The notes under the pieces are model-generated. The model worked only from the letters and a program-made list of their open reading frames with translations, searched no databases and was not told where the DNA came from. A stretch of DNA of 64,000 nucleotides, from assembly GCA_035285865.1 (NCBI GenBank), contig JAYKHS010000014.1:123811-187810 (forward strand). The letters are read 5' to 3'. The position numbers and the translations under genes are program-made. Below are positions 21,130 through 30,802 of this stretch, piece after piece. Position 1 is the first letter of the stretch. Every line of letters starts with the position of its first letter. This DNA comes from Candidatus Sericytochromatia bacterium. Lineage in GTDB: Bacteria; Cyanobacteriota; Sericytochromatia; S15B-MN24; VGJW01.

Positions 21130-21875
21130 GCGGGGGCTGGACCCGCTGCGTGCCGGTCCTGCCTCTGCTGCTGGGCGTGGGCTGTGGGCCCTCGCTGACG
21201 ATACAGGGCAGAACGGTACCTCCGACGCCCGCGCCGACCCCGGTTGCGTCGTTTCCCTGGACCGTCTCGTGGTTGCAGCGCGACAAGACGCCCGCGACCC
21301 GGCTTGCGGCGCATGACCGGGCGCTCTATCTGGCTGTCTCCGGGGCATCGGGCGAGTCGCGGATGCCCGACCTGATGGTCATGCCCCCCGAGGGTGTCAC
21401 GCCTCCCATCCAGGAGCCCCCTGTCTGGGAACAGAGCCGCGGCCTCTGGACCATTCGGCTCCGATTCCTCGAGCCATCGACAGGGTATCGGGTGGTCGAG
21501 CGCGGGGCCCCCGATGGAACCGACGTTGCCGTGCCACCCGTAGAGCCGTCTCTGGCCGCGCTCGAGGGCGTCACGCTCGTGATGGGCGCGGCACCGGCGG
21601 TGACCGGTCCGGGCGTGCCTGTCACGCTGAGGTTCCGGTTGTCGGCGACGAGCCAGACCGCCCGCGATTACCATATCCGCGTGATCAACCCGTGCGGATG
21701 GGGCCCCGAGGCGACCCGATCCGTCGCCACCCTGCCCGCGACGATCTCGATGGTGATTCCATCCGAAGAAGTCATCGATGTCACGGGCAACTACACCATC
21801 CGCGTAGCCGACGTGACGGGGGGCAAGACCTATGCACAGGCTGCCAAGGCCACTTTCACCTATCTGACACGTTGA
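21126..21875 (+). CDS. hypothetical lipoprotein
   Basis: GTG start overlapping the upstream stop. Lipobox LLLGVGC. Confidence 0.45.
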   Translation: MSGGWTRCVPVLPLLLGVGCGPSLTIQGRTVPPTPAPTPVASFPWTVSWLQRDKTPATRLAAHDRALYLAVSGASGESRMPDLMVMPPEGVTPPIQEPPVWEQSRGLWTIRLRFLEPSTGYRVVERGAPDGTDVAVPPVEPSLAALEGVTLVMGAAPAVTGPGVPVTLRFRLSATSQTARDYHIRVINPCGWGPEATRSVATLPATISMVIPSEEVIDVTGNYTIRVADVTGGKTYAQAAKATFTYLTR

Positions 21876-21984
21876 CCGCCTGCTGCCCGGAAGTTCCGCA
21901 GAGGCGTATCATGCGAAACCTTGAAGCCCCGGGAGCCGTCCCTGCATGTGGGGGCTTGCCGCCCCGGAACCGGAGGAAAACATC

Positions 21985-23223
21985 ATGGCCAGGACCCTGA
22001 TCGCGAACCTGCTGACAGCAGGTCTCGCCGCCACGGGTGGCGCAGCCGGTACCTATGCCGTGCTGGCGCACCAGGGAGCCGTTCAACCCGCACTGGCTGC
22101 ACCCGGCATGCCTGACGCCCGGGAGGGACGGGCTCAGGACGTTTCGCGTGCGTCGGCAAGGCTGACTGGAGACGAGCCCATTGCCGATCTGGTGGAGCGC
22201 GTGGGAGCAGCGGTCGTCAACATCGATACCGAGACCCGCCAGCGCAATCCCTTCTATGGTCAGGAACAGGACCCGTTCTTCGGGTTCTTCGGGCCATTCG
22301 GCGGTATGGGCGGGCCTGGCGGTCGGGGCGGCAATCCGCACCAGGGTCAAGGTCCATTTCTCGTGCGGAAGGGCGTGGGATCGGGCTTTGTCCTCGAGCC
22401 GGAGGGTTACATCGTCACCAACCATCACGTGATCGCCGGGGCGACCAAGCTGCGGGTCACGATGACGGATGGCCGCAAGCTCGAGGGCAAGGTCGTCGGT
22501 CAGGATCCCAGCACGGACCTGGCCTTGGTGAAGGTCGAGGCAAGCGGATTGCCGACCTTGCCCCTGACCAATCCCGCGACCCTGCGTGTCGGCGAGCGTG
22601 TCATCGCCATCGGCAGTCCACTGGGCTTGCAGCATACGGTCACGGCCGGCATCCTGTCCGCGGTCAACCGCGATGTTCAGGTCAATCCCAGGGTCGGATT
22701 CCTGCAGACGGATGCACCGATCAATCCGGGCAATTCGGGTGGCCCCTTGCTGAACCTGAAGGGTGAGGTCATCGGCGTCAACACGGCGGTGGCGCGGGAT
22801 GGTCAGGGCATCGGCTTCGCCATTCCCGTGACGACCCTGAAGCAGGTCCTGCCCCAGCTCAAGGCCAAGGGACGGGTCGAGCGTGCGTGGCTGGGCGTCG
22901 GGGTGCGTGACTTGCCCGAGGAGCGGGACAAGATGTTCTTCCCGGTCGACAAGGGCGCGGTCGTCACGCAGGTGACGGACGGCAGTCCTGCGGCCAGGGC
23001 CGGACTGGCGCCCGGCGACGTCATCCTCGAGGTTCAGGGCAAGCCCATTGCGTCGGCGGCGGAACTCATCTGGTCCATCAGCAACCGCAGCAAGGGTGAC
23101 AAGGTCACGCTGCTGGTCATGCGCGAAGGCCAGCGCAAGCGTCTCGAGGTCGTCCTCGACCGGATGCCGGATCAGGTTTCCCGGGCCATGAACCAGGCTC
23201 AGGAAGAGCAACAGGGCGAGTAG
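21985..23223 (+). CDS. htrA: HtrA/DegP family periplasmic serine endoprotease with PDZ domain
   Basis: ggagga RBS 8 nt before the ATG. Trypsin-like triad (HH, D, GNSGGPL) and a C-terminal PDZ domain. Confidence 0.9.
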   Translation: MARTLIANLLTAGLAATGGAAGTYAVLAHQGAVQPALAAPGMPDAREGRAQDVSRASARLTGDEPIADLVERVGAAVVNIDTETRQRNPFYGQEQDPFFGFFGPFGGMGGPGGRGGNPHQGQGPFLVRKGVGSGFVLEPEGYIVTNHHVIAGATKLRVTMTDGRKLEGKVVGQDPSTDLALVKVEASGLPTLPLTNPATLRVGERVIAIGSPLGLQHTVTAGILSAVNRDVQVNPRVGFLQTDAPINPGNSGGPLLNLKGEVIGVNTAVARDGQGIGFAIPVTTLKQVLPQLKAKGRVERAWLGVGVRDLPEERDKMFFPVDKGAVVTQVTDGSPAARAGLAPGDVILEVQGKPIASAAELIWSISNRSKGDKVTLLVMREGQRKRLEVVLDRMPDQVSRAMNQAQEEQQGE

Positions 23224-23280
23224 TTCGCTTCGTGCGGGCGGTCGGAGACCCAGGGTTTCCGGCCGCTTCTGCTTGGGGCC

Positions 23281-23313
23281 GACGCACGCGGTTTGCGTCC
23301 GATTTATTCATTT
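23281..23313 (+). terminator. putative intrinsic terminator downstream of htrA
   Basis: Stem gacgca/tgcgtc with a 7-nt loop, followed by a U-rich tract (cgatttattcattt). Confidence 0.4.
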
Positions 23314-23325
23314 ACTTGACAAGTA
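23305..23325 (+). promoter_or_regulatory. HAIR-like inverted repeat (HspR-type operator) overlapping a TTGACA -35 upstream of hsp20
   Basis: cttgaca-N7-actcaat against the HAIR consensus CTTGAGT-N7-ACTCAAG. It lies in an AT-rich island and sits inside the perfect palindrome tttacttg-a-caagtaaa at 23301-23317, 55 nt upstream of hsp20. Confidence 0.5.
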
Positions 23326-23379
23326 AACACTCAATGCAATAGCATTCAGGCACATCGATTCACCTGAAGGAGGTTTCCG

Positions 23380-23862
23380 ATGCGTCGACTCATCCTGAAT
23401 CCCGCGCTTCCCGATGCCCGCCAGCTTCGGCGCCTGCAGCACGAGATGCTCGAGAGTGTTTTCGAGGCCCTGGGAACGGGTGCTCACGATCGCGCCTGGG
23501 TGCCGGCTGCCAACATGATCCAGCGGCAGGATACCTACGAATTGCACCTGGCCCTGCCGGGCGTCCCCCGGGACGAGGTCCGCCTGTCCGTCGAGGGAGA
23601 CGTTCTGCTCGTGCGCGGCCAGCGTCCCGTGCTCGAGGCCGGCGAGCATGACCGCATGTGGATGTCCGAGGTGCCGTCTGGCCGCTTCGAGCGGCGCTTC
23701 CAGCTGCCTGACGGCATGTCCGGCGAGGCCATCTCGGCCCGCTTCGAGGACGGCATGCTGCGCATCCGCATGCCGCTTGCGAGCACGCCTGCGGCTCGGA
23801 TGATCCCCATCGAAGGAGCTGAGGCTCCTCGCACCACGGTCACCGAGGTGATGGAGGCCTGA
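23380..23862 (+). CDS. Hsp20/alpha-crystallin family small heat-shock protein
   Basis: aggagg RBS. Alpha-crystallin domain (ELHLALPGV..GVLLV..GRFERRFQLP). Confidence 0.9.
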   Translation: MRRLILNPALPDARQLRRLQHEMLESVFEALGTGAHDRAWVPAANMIQRQDTYELHLALPGVPRDEVRLSVEGDVLLVRGQRPVLEAGEHDRMWMSEVPSGRFERRFQLPDGMSGEAISARFEDGMLRIRMPLASTPAARMIPIEGAEAPRTTVTEVMEA

Positions 23863-23871
23863 GGCGACGGT

Positions 23872-24312
23872 TCAGGCGATGTCGGGTGGCGGGGCATCGC
23901 CCTGCCACCCGGCGGCTTCCGGGGCCTCAAGTGCCCGGCGCAGCGGGTCAGGTACCGTGATGGGTCTTCCCTCGGGGCCGACCATGACCATCAGGGTCTC
24001 GCCGGTAGCCACTTCGGTCCCGTCACGTGTCAGCCTGTAGACGACCCGCACCGAAGACCGGCCGACCTCGCCCGTCGTCGTCTCGAGCAACAGCTCCTCG
24101 TCGTAGCGGACGGGCTTGCGATAGCGCACGTGCAATTCGGCCACCACCATGAAGGCCCCGTTCCGCTCCATCGCGTTGTAGTCGAGGCCCAGGTCCCGGA
24201 GCAGGTCGGCCCGCCCCATCTCGAACCAGACAGGATAGGCGGCGTGGTGTGCGATGCGCTGTCCGTCCGTTTCCGCGTAGCGGACCCGGAACCGCGTCAG
24301 GGCAGACCTCAC
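23872..24312 (-). CDS. acyl-CoA thioesterase, hotdog fold (YbgC/4HBT family)
   Basis: 146 aa. FRVRYAETDGQRIAHHAAYPVWFE is typical of the 4HBT family. Confidence 0.75.
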   Translation of the reverse strand: MRSALTRFRVRYAETDGQRIAHHAAYPVWFEMGRADLLRDLGLDYNAMERNGAFMVVAELHVRYRKPVRYDEELLLETTTGEVGRSSVRVVYRLTRDGTEVATGETLMVMVGPEGRPITVPDPLRRALEAPEAAGWQGDAPPPDIA

Positions 24313-24518
24313 GCGCAGGTGTCGTCCGGGCGGACCGTGCCGTCCTTGCCGTCAAAGGTGTCCCGATTCAGGCGCGGACCCTCGTGATCCCACGGGCAAT
24401 TGCGGCAGCCGTTACGGCAGCAGTAGCCCCGGCGCAGCAGGTAATCGGCCGTGAAGACCATCAGGCCGCGCTCCAAGGTGTAGTCCACCCCTTCGACCAG
24501 CCGTTCCGTCGGGCTCAA
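24309..24518 (-). CDS. small cysteine-rich protein (DUF5522-like CCxxGCxxCP motif)
   Basis: TTG start overlaps the asnS stop (TTGA). [34 protein letters not shown] matches a conserved small-protein family. Confidence 0.45.
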   Translation of the reverse strand: MSPTERLVEGVDYTLERGLMVFTADYLLRRGYCCRNGCRNCPWDHEGPRLNRDTFDGKDGTVRPDDTCA

Positions 24519-25828
24519 GGGTGCAACCGCGTCAGCATGCGGGGGAAGGGAGCCGTCTCGCGGACGTGCTCCAGACCGCAGATCCACGCGACCGTGCGCT
24601 CGAGGCCGATGCCGAAGCCCGCGTGGGGCACGCTGCCGTAGCGGCGCAGGTCCAGATACCACTCCATGCCTTCCTCGCGCACGCCTGCTTCGGCCATGCG
24701 GCTGCGCAGGGTCTCGAGATCATCCTCGCGCTGGCTGCCACCGATGATCTCTCCATAGCCCTCGGGCGCCAGCAGATCGGCGCAGCGTACGACATCGGGA
24801 CGTGCCGGATCGACCTTCATGTAGAAAGCCTTGCACTGCCTCGGATAGTGCGTGACGAAGACCGGCCGGTCGAAGCGCTCGGCAAGCAGGGTCTCGTCCG
24901 GGGCCCCGAAGTCATCGCCCCAGTCGATGGCATGGCCGGCTTCCTGAAGGATCTTGACGGCCTCGTCGTAGGTGATGCGGGGGAACGGGGCCTGGACGGC
25001 TTGCAGGCGGCTGACATCCCGTTCGAGGATCGCGAGTTCTTCGGGGCAGGCGGCGAGAACTTCCTGCACCACGCCGGCGACGAACTGTTCCTGCAGCCGC
25101 AGGTTGTCGTCATGGTCGGCAAAAGCGACCTCGGGCTCCAGCATCCAGAACTCCGTCAGGTGGCGGCGGGTCTTGGACTTCTCGGCACGGAAGGTCGGAC
25201 CGAAGGTGTAGACCTTGCCGAAGGCCATGGCCGCGGCTTCGGCGTAGAGCTGGCCCGACTGCGTCAGGTAGGCCTTCTCGTCGAAGTAGTCCGTCTCGAA
25301 GAGCGTGCTGGTTCCCTCGCAGGCCGCCGGCGTCAGGATGGGCGCATCCACCAGCAGGAAGCCGTTCCGGTCCATCCAGCCGCGCATGGCCCGGATGATG
25401 GCGGCGCGGACACGCAGGATGGCGTGCTGCCTGCGGCTGCGCAGCCAGAGGTGGCGATGCCCCATCAGGAAGTCGACTCCGTGTTCCTTGGGCGAGATGG
25501 GGAACTCCTCGGTCAACTGGAAGGTACACAGGCCGTCCACGGCCAGCTCGAAACCCCCGGGCGCACGGGGTTCGGCCTTGACCACCCCTGAAAGCGCGAG
25601 GCTGCTCTCCTGCGTCAGGGATTCCGCTTGCTGCCACAGGTCCTCGGCCACATCGGGACGGAACACCACGCCCTGGACCAGACCGGTGCCGTCGCGCACC
25701 ACGAGGAAGGCGATTTTCCCCTTGGACCGATGGTGGGTCAGCCAACCCTTGACCGTGACGCGTTGGCCGACGTAAGCGCCCAGATCGGACAGCCGGACGT
25801 AGGGAGGCTCCTGCACGATCGTATCCAT
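24515..25828 (-). CDS. asnS: asparaginyl-tRNA synthetase
   Basis: Class II aaRS with an N-terminal OB anticodon-binding domain. Motif 2 region [25 protein letters not shown] is AsnRS-specific (FRAE). Confidence 0.9.
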   Translation of the reverse strand: MDTIVQEPPYVRLSDLGAYVGQRVTVKGWLTHHRSKGKIAFLVVRDGTGLVQGVVFRPDVAEDLWQQAESLTQESSLALSGVVKAEPRAPGGFELAVDGLCTFQLTEEFPISPKEHGVDFLMGHRHLWLRSRRQHAILRVRAAIIRAMRGWMDRNGFLLVDAPILTPAACEGTSTLFETDYFDEKAYLTQSGQLYAEAAAMAFGKVYTFGPTFRAEKSKTRRHLTEFWMLEPEVAFADHDDNLRLQEQFVAGVVQEVLAACPEELAILERDVSRLQAVQAPFPRITYDEAVKILQEAGHAIDWGDDFGAPDETLLAERFDRPVFVTHYPRQCKAFYMKVDPARPDVVRCADLLAPEGYGEIIGGSQREDDLETLRSRMAEAGVREEGMEWYLDLRRYGSVPHAGFGIGLERTVAWICGLEHVRETAPFPRMLTRLHP

Positions 25829-25917
25829 GCGTGGATTCTAGCCCGCCCGGGCAGGGCCGGACAACCCGGCGTCTGCTACCATGCCCCTTCGGACCCGGGG
25901 GCGAGGCCGCCTGCCGG

Positions 25918-27768
25918 ATGCCTTTGGAGGCCCCCGTGACGACGACGATCAGCGACGCCCTGCGCCTGGGCACCCGCAGCCACATGGGCGGCGACCTGCG
26001 CAAGGACCACCTCGGCCAGGAGGTCACGCTCTTCGGGTGGGTGGACTCCCGTCGGGACCACGGCGGCGTCATCTTCGTCGACCTTCGCGATCGGACCGGT
26101 CTGGTGCAGGTGGTCTTCGAGCCCGAGACTTCGGCAGAGGCGCACGCGGCTGCGGACCGTCTGCGCGGCGAGTATGCCATCGGCATCCGGGGCATCGTGC
26201 GCGCCCGCGGCGAGGGCCTCGCCAACCCGCGCCTCGCAACGGGTGAAATCGAGGTGGCCGTGCGCGCGCTCGAAGTCTACAACGCCGCCCGTCCGTTGCC
26301 TTTCCCGCTGGATGACGATGGCGTGGACGAGAACCTGCGCCTGACGCATCGGTACCTCGAGCTTCGCGGTCGTCGCCTGACCGGGGCCCTTGCCGCCCGG
26401 CACCGCATCATGCAGCGCATGCGTCGCTACCTGGATGAGCGCGGTTTCCTCGAGATCGAGACGCCCATCCTGACGAAGAGCACCCCGGAAGGGGCTCGGG
26501 ACTATCTGGTACCCAGCCGCGTCCACCCGGGCGAGTTCTTCGCCTTGCCGCAGAGCCCCCAGATCTTCAAGCAGATCCTGATGGTGGGCGGCCAGGACCG
26601 CTACTTCCAGATCGCGCGCTGCTTCCGCGATGAGGACCTGCGCGCGGACCGCCAGCCCGAGTTCACCCAGCTGGACTGCGAGCTTTCCTGGACCAGTCAG
26701 GAACAGATCCTCGAGCTGTTTGAGGGCCTGATGGCGCACCTCATCGAGGAGTCGGTCGGCGCGACCGTCGCCCTGCCCATCCCCCGCATCAGCTGGCAGG
26801 AGGCGATGGATCGCTATGGCTCCGACAAGCCGGACACGCGGTTCGGCCTCGAGCTCTGTGACCTGACGGCCGCCACCCGGGGCTGCAGCTTCCAGGTCTT
26901 CAGCGGGGCGCCCGTGGTCAAGGGCCTGCGGGTGCCCGGTGGTGCGCAGCGCATCAGCCGCAGCCAGATTGATGTGCTCACGGACTTCGTGCGCAAGTTC
27001 GGTGCCAAGGGGTTGGCCTACGTGAAGGTCGGCGATGCCTCCGGCCCCGTCGCCAAGAACCTTGCCGAGGCCGAATTGGCTTCCGTGGTGGCGGCCGCGG
27101 GTGCCGAGACCGGCGACCTGCTCTTCTTCGGGGCTGGCGAATGGGGTCAGGTGGTCGATGTGCTGGGGCGGCTGCGCCTGCGGCTGGGCCAGGATCTCGG
27201 GCTGATTCCGCAGGGCCTCTGGAACCTGCTCTGGGTCGTGGACTTCCCGATGTTCGAGCATGATCCGGCCGAAGGACGCCTGTACGCAATGCATCACCCC
27301 TTCACGTCGGCCCGGCCGGCCGACCTGCCGGTGCTGGCCCGTTGGGCGGCCCATCTGGACGAGGGCGGCACGTTGACGGCCGATGCCATCGCCGAGTTGA
27401 CGGCCGTCCGGGCCAACGCCTACGACATGGTGCTCAATGGCGTCGAGCTGGGTGGCGGCAGCATCCGAATCCACCAAGCCGAGGTGCAGCAGCAGGCTTT
27501 CCGGCTGCTGGGCCTCTCGGCGGAAGAAATCAAGACCAAGTTCGGCTTCATGATCGAGGCCTTCACCTACGGCACGCCCCCTCATGGCGGTATCGCCTTC
27601 GGTCTGGATCGCCTGTGCATGCTGCTTTCGGGTGTCCCGGCCATTCGCGACGTCATCGCCTTCCCCAAGACCCAGCAGGCCCGGGATCTGATGGCGGCGG
27701 CTCCCGGGTCGGTCGACGACAAGCAGCTCAAGGAGCTGCACGTGCGGACGGTGGTCGACGCGGGTTAG
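25918..27768 (+). CDS. aspS: aspartyl-tRNA synthetase (bacterial type with GAD insertion)
   Basis: FRDEDLRADRQPEFTQLDCE, an insertion domain, and C-terminal GGIAFGLDR. Start could be ATG 25918, GTG 25936 (after ggagg), or ATG 25984. Confidence 0.9.
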   Translation: MPLEAPVTTTISDALRLGTRSHMGGDLRKDHLGQEVTLFGWVDSRRDHGGVIFVDLRDRTGLVQVVFEPETSAEAHAAADRLRGEYAIGIRGIVRARGEGLANPRLATGEIEVAVRALEVYNAARPLPFPLDDDGVDENLRLTHRYLELRGRRLTGALAARHRIMQRMRRYLDERGFLEIETPILTKSTPEGARDYLVPSRVHPGEFFALPQSPQIFKQILMVGGQDRYFQIARCFRDEDLRADRQPEFTQLDCELSWTSQEQILELFEGLMAHLIEESVGATVALPIPRISWQEAMDRYGSDKPDTRFGLELCDLTAATRGCSFQVFSGAPVVKGLRVPGGAQRISRSQIDVLTDFVRKFGAKGLAYVKVGDASGPVAKNLAEAELASVVAAAGAETGDLLFFGAGEWGQVVDVLGRLRLRLGQDLGLIPQGLWNLLWVVDFPMFEHDPAEGRLYAMHHPFTSARPADLPVLARWAAHLDEGGTLTADAIAELTAVRANAYDMVLNGVELGGGSIRIHQAEVQQQAFRLLGLSAEEIKTKFGFMIEAFTYGTPPHGGIAFGLDRLCMLLSGVPAIRDVIAFPKTQQARDLMAAAPGSVDDKQLKELHVRTVVDAG

Positions 27769-27789
27769 GGCGCGGCGCCGAGGTGCCGG

Positions 27790-28454
27790 CTACCGCTCGT
27801 TGAAGCCCCTGCCCGCCAGGATCACGGGTACCACGCTCTCGGCGCGCCGCGCCCGTGTCGCGGCCTGTTTGGCCCCGCCCACGTGCAGAATATGGCTGCG
27901 GCGGCGTCCGGGAGTCAGCGCCGCGAAGGCAGCCTCCAGCGCCGGGTCGGCCTCAAGCCGCAAGGCGAGTTCTTCAGGCATCTCCTCGGCGGCCGGCGGC
28001 AGGTCGACCTTGATGCCTTCCCGCTCGAGGCGAACGGCCTCCGCGATGAAGACCATGGCGTGCTGGCGTTGGTCCTCCACGTCGTCCATGGAGCGGAATC
28101 GCAGCAGGCGGCCGATGCGCGAGTTTGGGCCTGCCCGGTCGAGGAGCCCTTCCGGGTCTGCCAGGGCATAGCCGTTCGAGAACTGCAACGCGCATGAGTC
28201 TCGCAGGGACACCAGCATCGCGACATTCTTGCCACCCAAGGTGTAGCAGGGGGATCCCCACTTCATCTCCTCGTCCAGTCCCGCTTCGAGCAGCAGTTTG
28301 CGCAATTCGCCGAGCTCCCGCGTCCACTGCAGGGCCTTGCATCGGGGGGTCCGGTACAGGTCGCAGCGCCCGCAGCCGTCCCGCAGGTAGGCGTCCACGC
28401 TCTCGCGGTTGATAGCCAAGGTCAGCCTTCTCTTTTCGTAAAAGGGGCCGGGGC
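27790..28454 (-). CDS. YdeI/OmpD-associated (OmdA) family protein
   Basis: ATG at 28454 gives MPACPGPFYEK. Alignable along its whole length to B. subtilis YdeI-type proteins (EEMKWGSPCYT..; C-terminal AFAALTPGRRRSHILHVGGAKQAATRARR). Confidence 0.6.
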
Positions 28455-28513
28455 AAGCAGGCATCGCAGCAACCAGCCGGTTGAACGGTGGCTGGTTGCT
28501 GCGATCAATCCGG

Positions 28514-29213
28514 TCAGGGCTGCAGCCACGCAAGGATCTCCCGGTTCTCGACGACGTGGACGCCGGGGAGTGCCGACAAGCACCGATCGACGAGGCAGCC
28601 GGCAATGGCCGCCGGGGAGACGGGGGCCCAGTCGGCCGTCTTGCCCCGTGGCGGCAGCAGCAGGCGTGCCAAAGGCAGGGACAGGCGTTCCAGCGGGCGA
28701 AACTCTTCCCGTGTGCCGGCGTCGTCGATGAATGAGGGACGCACGATGACGACACGTGCGAAGCCGAGGGCCAGCACGCCTTGCTCGGCCTCGTGCTTGG
28801 TGCGCAGGTAGAAGGCCGCACCGGGATGTCCGGCTCCTATCGAACTGACGAGCCCGAAGCGCTTGGCGCCCCGCGCCCGTGCGGCTCTGGCGAAGGCCAG
28901 GACCGCATCCCGGTCCACCAGCCGGAAGGCGGCTCTGGAACCCGCACGGCGGATCGTCGTCCCCAGCGCGCACAGGGCCAGTTCGATGCCATCGGGCAGC
29001 ACGTCGGTCCAAGCGGCCTCGTCCTCGATGCGGTCGAGCATGGGGCAGTCTACCGAGGCAGGAGCATGTTCCAGCGCCCTGCGGCCCGGTGCGCAGGTCC
29101 GTGCCACTTCGGATCGGCCATCGAGGCAGGCGGCGAGGCTGCGACCCACCACGCCCGTGGCACCGGCAAGGGCCACGACATGCCCGCGGACAGGGAAGTC
29201 TTGCGCGTGCACG
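28514..29213 (-). CDS. NAD(P)H-binding (NmrA/SDR-like atypical) oxidoreductase
   Basis: Rossmann motif VVALAGATGVVG. Probable GTG start 4 nt after the pirin stop; the longer ORF up to 29275 would overlap pirin. Confidence 0.55.
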
Positions 29214-29216
29214 GCG

Positions 29217-30113
29217 TCAGGCCCGGATGATTTCCGGGGGGATCTGCCCCATCCTGCCTTCCACATAGTCGTCATAGGCCTGCAGCACTTCGGCTCTGGA
29301 GTTCATTACGAATGGTCCGGCCCACGCCACGGGCTCGCCGATGGGACGCCCGCCAAGCAGCAGGCACTCCACGCCCATCTGCGTGGCGATCTGCACGGAC
29401 GTGCCCTCGCCCAAGACGGCCAGTTCGCCGTCTGTGACCATCCGCTCGCCGACCTTGGCCTCTCCCCGGAACACGTAGACGGCAAGCCGATGGTCTTTGG
29501 GAACGGGCCAATCCATGGCGGCGTCCGGCTCGAGGGTCCAGTGCTGCAATGTCAGCGGAGTATGGGTCCGCACCGGAGCCTCGACATCTGCGGTTTCCCC
29601 GGCCACGATGCGGCCGAGGGCACGTCCCCCGGCGGCACGGACTGCGGGAATCCGGTCGCCCCTCAGCTCCTGGTAGCGCGGGTTCGTCCGTTTGAGTGCA
29701 GCCGGCAGGTTCACCCAGATCTGGAAGCCGTGCATCCGACCGCCTTCGGCCTGGATGCGTCGACCGGGCATTTCGCGGTGCACCACGCCCGAACCGGCCG
29801 TCATCCACTGCACGTCGCCAGGCCCCAGCGTGCCGGCGTGTCCGGCGCTGTCGGCGTGTTCGACTTCGCCGTCCAACACGATCGTCACGGTCTCGAACCC
29901 GCGGTGCGGATGGTCCGGGGCGCCGAGGGCTTCACCCGGTCCGTACGTCACGGGGCCCATCTCATCGATCATCAGGATGGGGTCGAGCGTTTCGAGGCCA
30001 GGTGCCGGGACGGGCCTGCGGACCACGAATCCACCACCCTCGATCAGTCGCGAGGCACGCACGATGCCGACCACAGGGCGCGGCAGCGCGGGTGGCTCCG
30101 GGTTCACGGTCAT
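29217..30113 (-). CDS. pirin family protein
   Basis: Bicupin. HPHRGFETVTIVLDGEVEHADS is the pirin metal-binding motif. Confidence 0.85.
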   Translation of the reverse strand: MTVNPEPPALPRPVVGIVRASRLIEGGGFVVRRPVPAPGLETLDPILMIDEMGPVTYGPGEALGAPDHPHRGFETVTIVLDGEVEHADSAGHAGTLGPGDVQWMTAGSGVVHREMPGRRIQAEGGRMHGFQIWVNLPAALKRTNPRYQELRGDRIPAVRAAGGRALGRIVAGETADVEAPVRTHTPLTLQHWTLEPDAAMDWPVPKDHRLAVYVFRGEAKVGERMVTDGELAVLGEGTSVQIATQMGVECLLLGGRPIGEPVAWAGPFVMNSRAEVLQAYDDYVEGRMGQIPPEIIRA

Positions 30114-30183
30114 CGCGGGCCTTTCTGCCTGACATCCGGCGGGCGCCGGTGCGGTTCGATCCTACCGCGCCCGTGCCGATTCT

Positions 30184-30633
30184 TCAGGCGGAGCGCAGGG
30201 AAAGCCCTGCGCCTTCAAGCCACTGCACGAGCGCGGTTTCCGGCATGAAGCCCGCTTGCCGGCGGACGACCTCGCCGCGCTTGAACAGGAGCAGCGTGGG
30301 CAGGCCCTGCACCCCCAGGGCCGCCGCGGTCGCCGGGTTCTCGTCCGCATTCAGTTTGACGACACGCAATTGACCGGCAAACCGACGGGCCACACGCTCG
30401 AGTACGGGCGCCAGCATGCGACACGGACCGCACCATGCCGCCCAGACATCCACGAGGACGGGCTCGGCTGCCTGCAGGACCCGGGCTTGGAAAGTGGCGT
30501 CGCCAACGTGCCCGGGGGCGGCGCTCGGGCGCGCGAGGGGTGTGCGGCAGGCGGCGCAGCGCGGCTTTCCGGGGCGATCGGCCACGCGGTTGCGGACCTT
30601 GCAGGATGGGCAGGTCACGATTTCATGATCCAC
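30184..30633 (-). CDS. thioredoxin (Trx2-type with N-terminal zinc-finger extension)
   Basis: N-terminal CPSC..CAAC, then a thioredoxin fold with active site WAAWCGPC. Confidence 0.85.
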   Translation of the reverse strand: MDHEIVTCPSCKVRNRVADRPGKPRCAACRTPLARPSAAPGHVGDATFQARVLQAAEPVLVDVWAAWCGPCRMLAPVLERVARRFAGQLRVVKLNADENPATAAALGVQGLPTLLLFKRGEVVRRQAGFMPETALVQWLEGAGLSLRSA

Positions 30634-30802
30634 AATGCTGCTCCTTGGTACCCTATGGGGGTATAGTGGAAGTCCTTGGCGAAGACGTCAAGACCGCTCC
30701 TGAGGGCGCAAGGTCGGTCGTTGATTCGCCCGCAGCCTGCACCTCTTCGACGCGCGCGTGCCTGTCGCAAGAAACCGTGCACGTCCCCCCGGAGGAAGTC
30801 GC

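Noticed and set aside
21884-21910. Possible ECF sigmaE-type promoter (GGAAGTT -35) upstream of htrA
   Set aside because: No convincing -10 (TCTGA/GTCTAA-like) at 16-17 nt spacing. Kept only as a weak motif observation.
23890-23920. Strong hairpin right after the hsp20 stop
   Set aside because: It lies inside the 3' coding end of the convergent thioesterase gene and lacks a U-tract. It may act as a bidirectional terminator, but this cannot be supported from sequence alone.
30114-30183. tRNA-like T-loop sequence (ggttcgatcc) between pirin and thioredoxin genes
   Set aside because: The region is only 70 nt and cannot be folded into an acceptor, D or anticodon cloverleaf. More likely it is a GC-rich hairpin serving as trx terminator or pirin promoter region.
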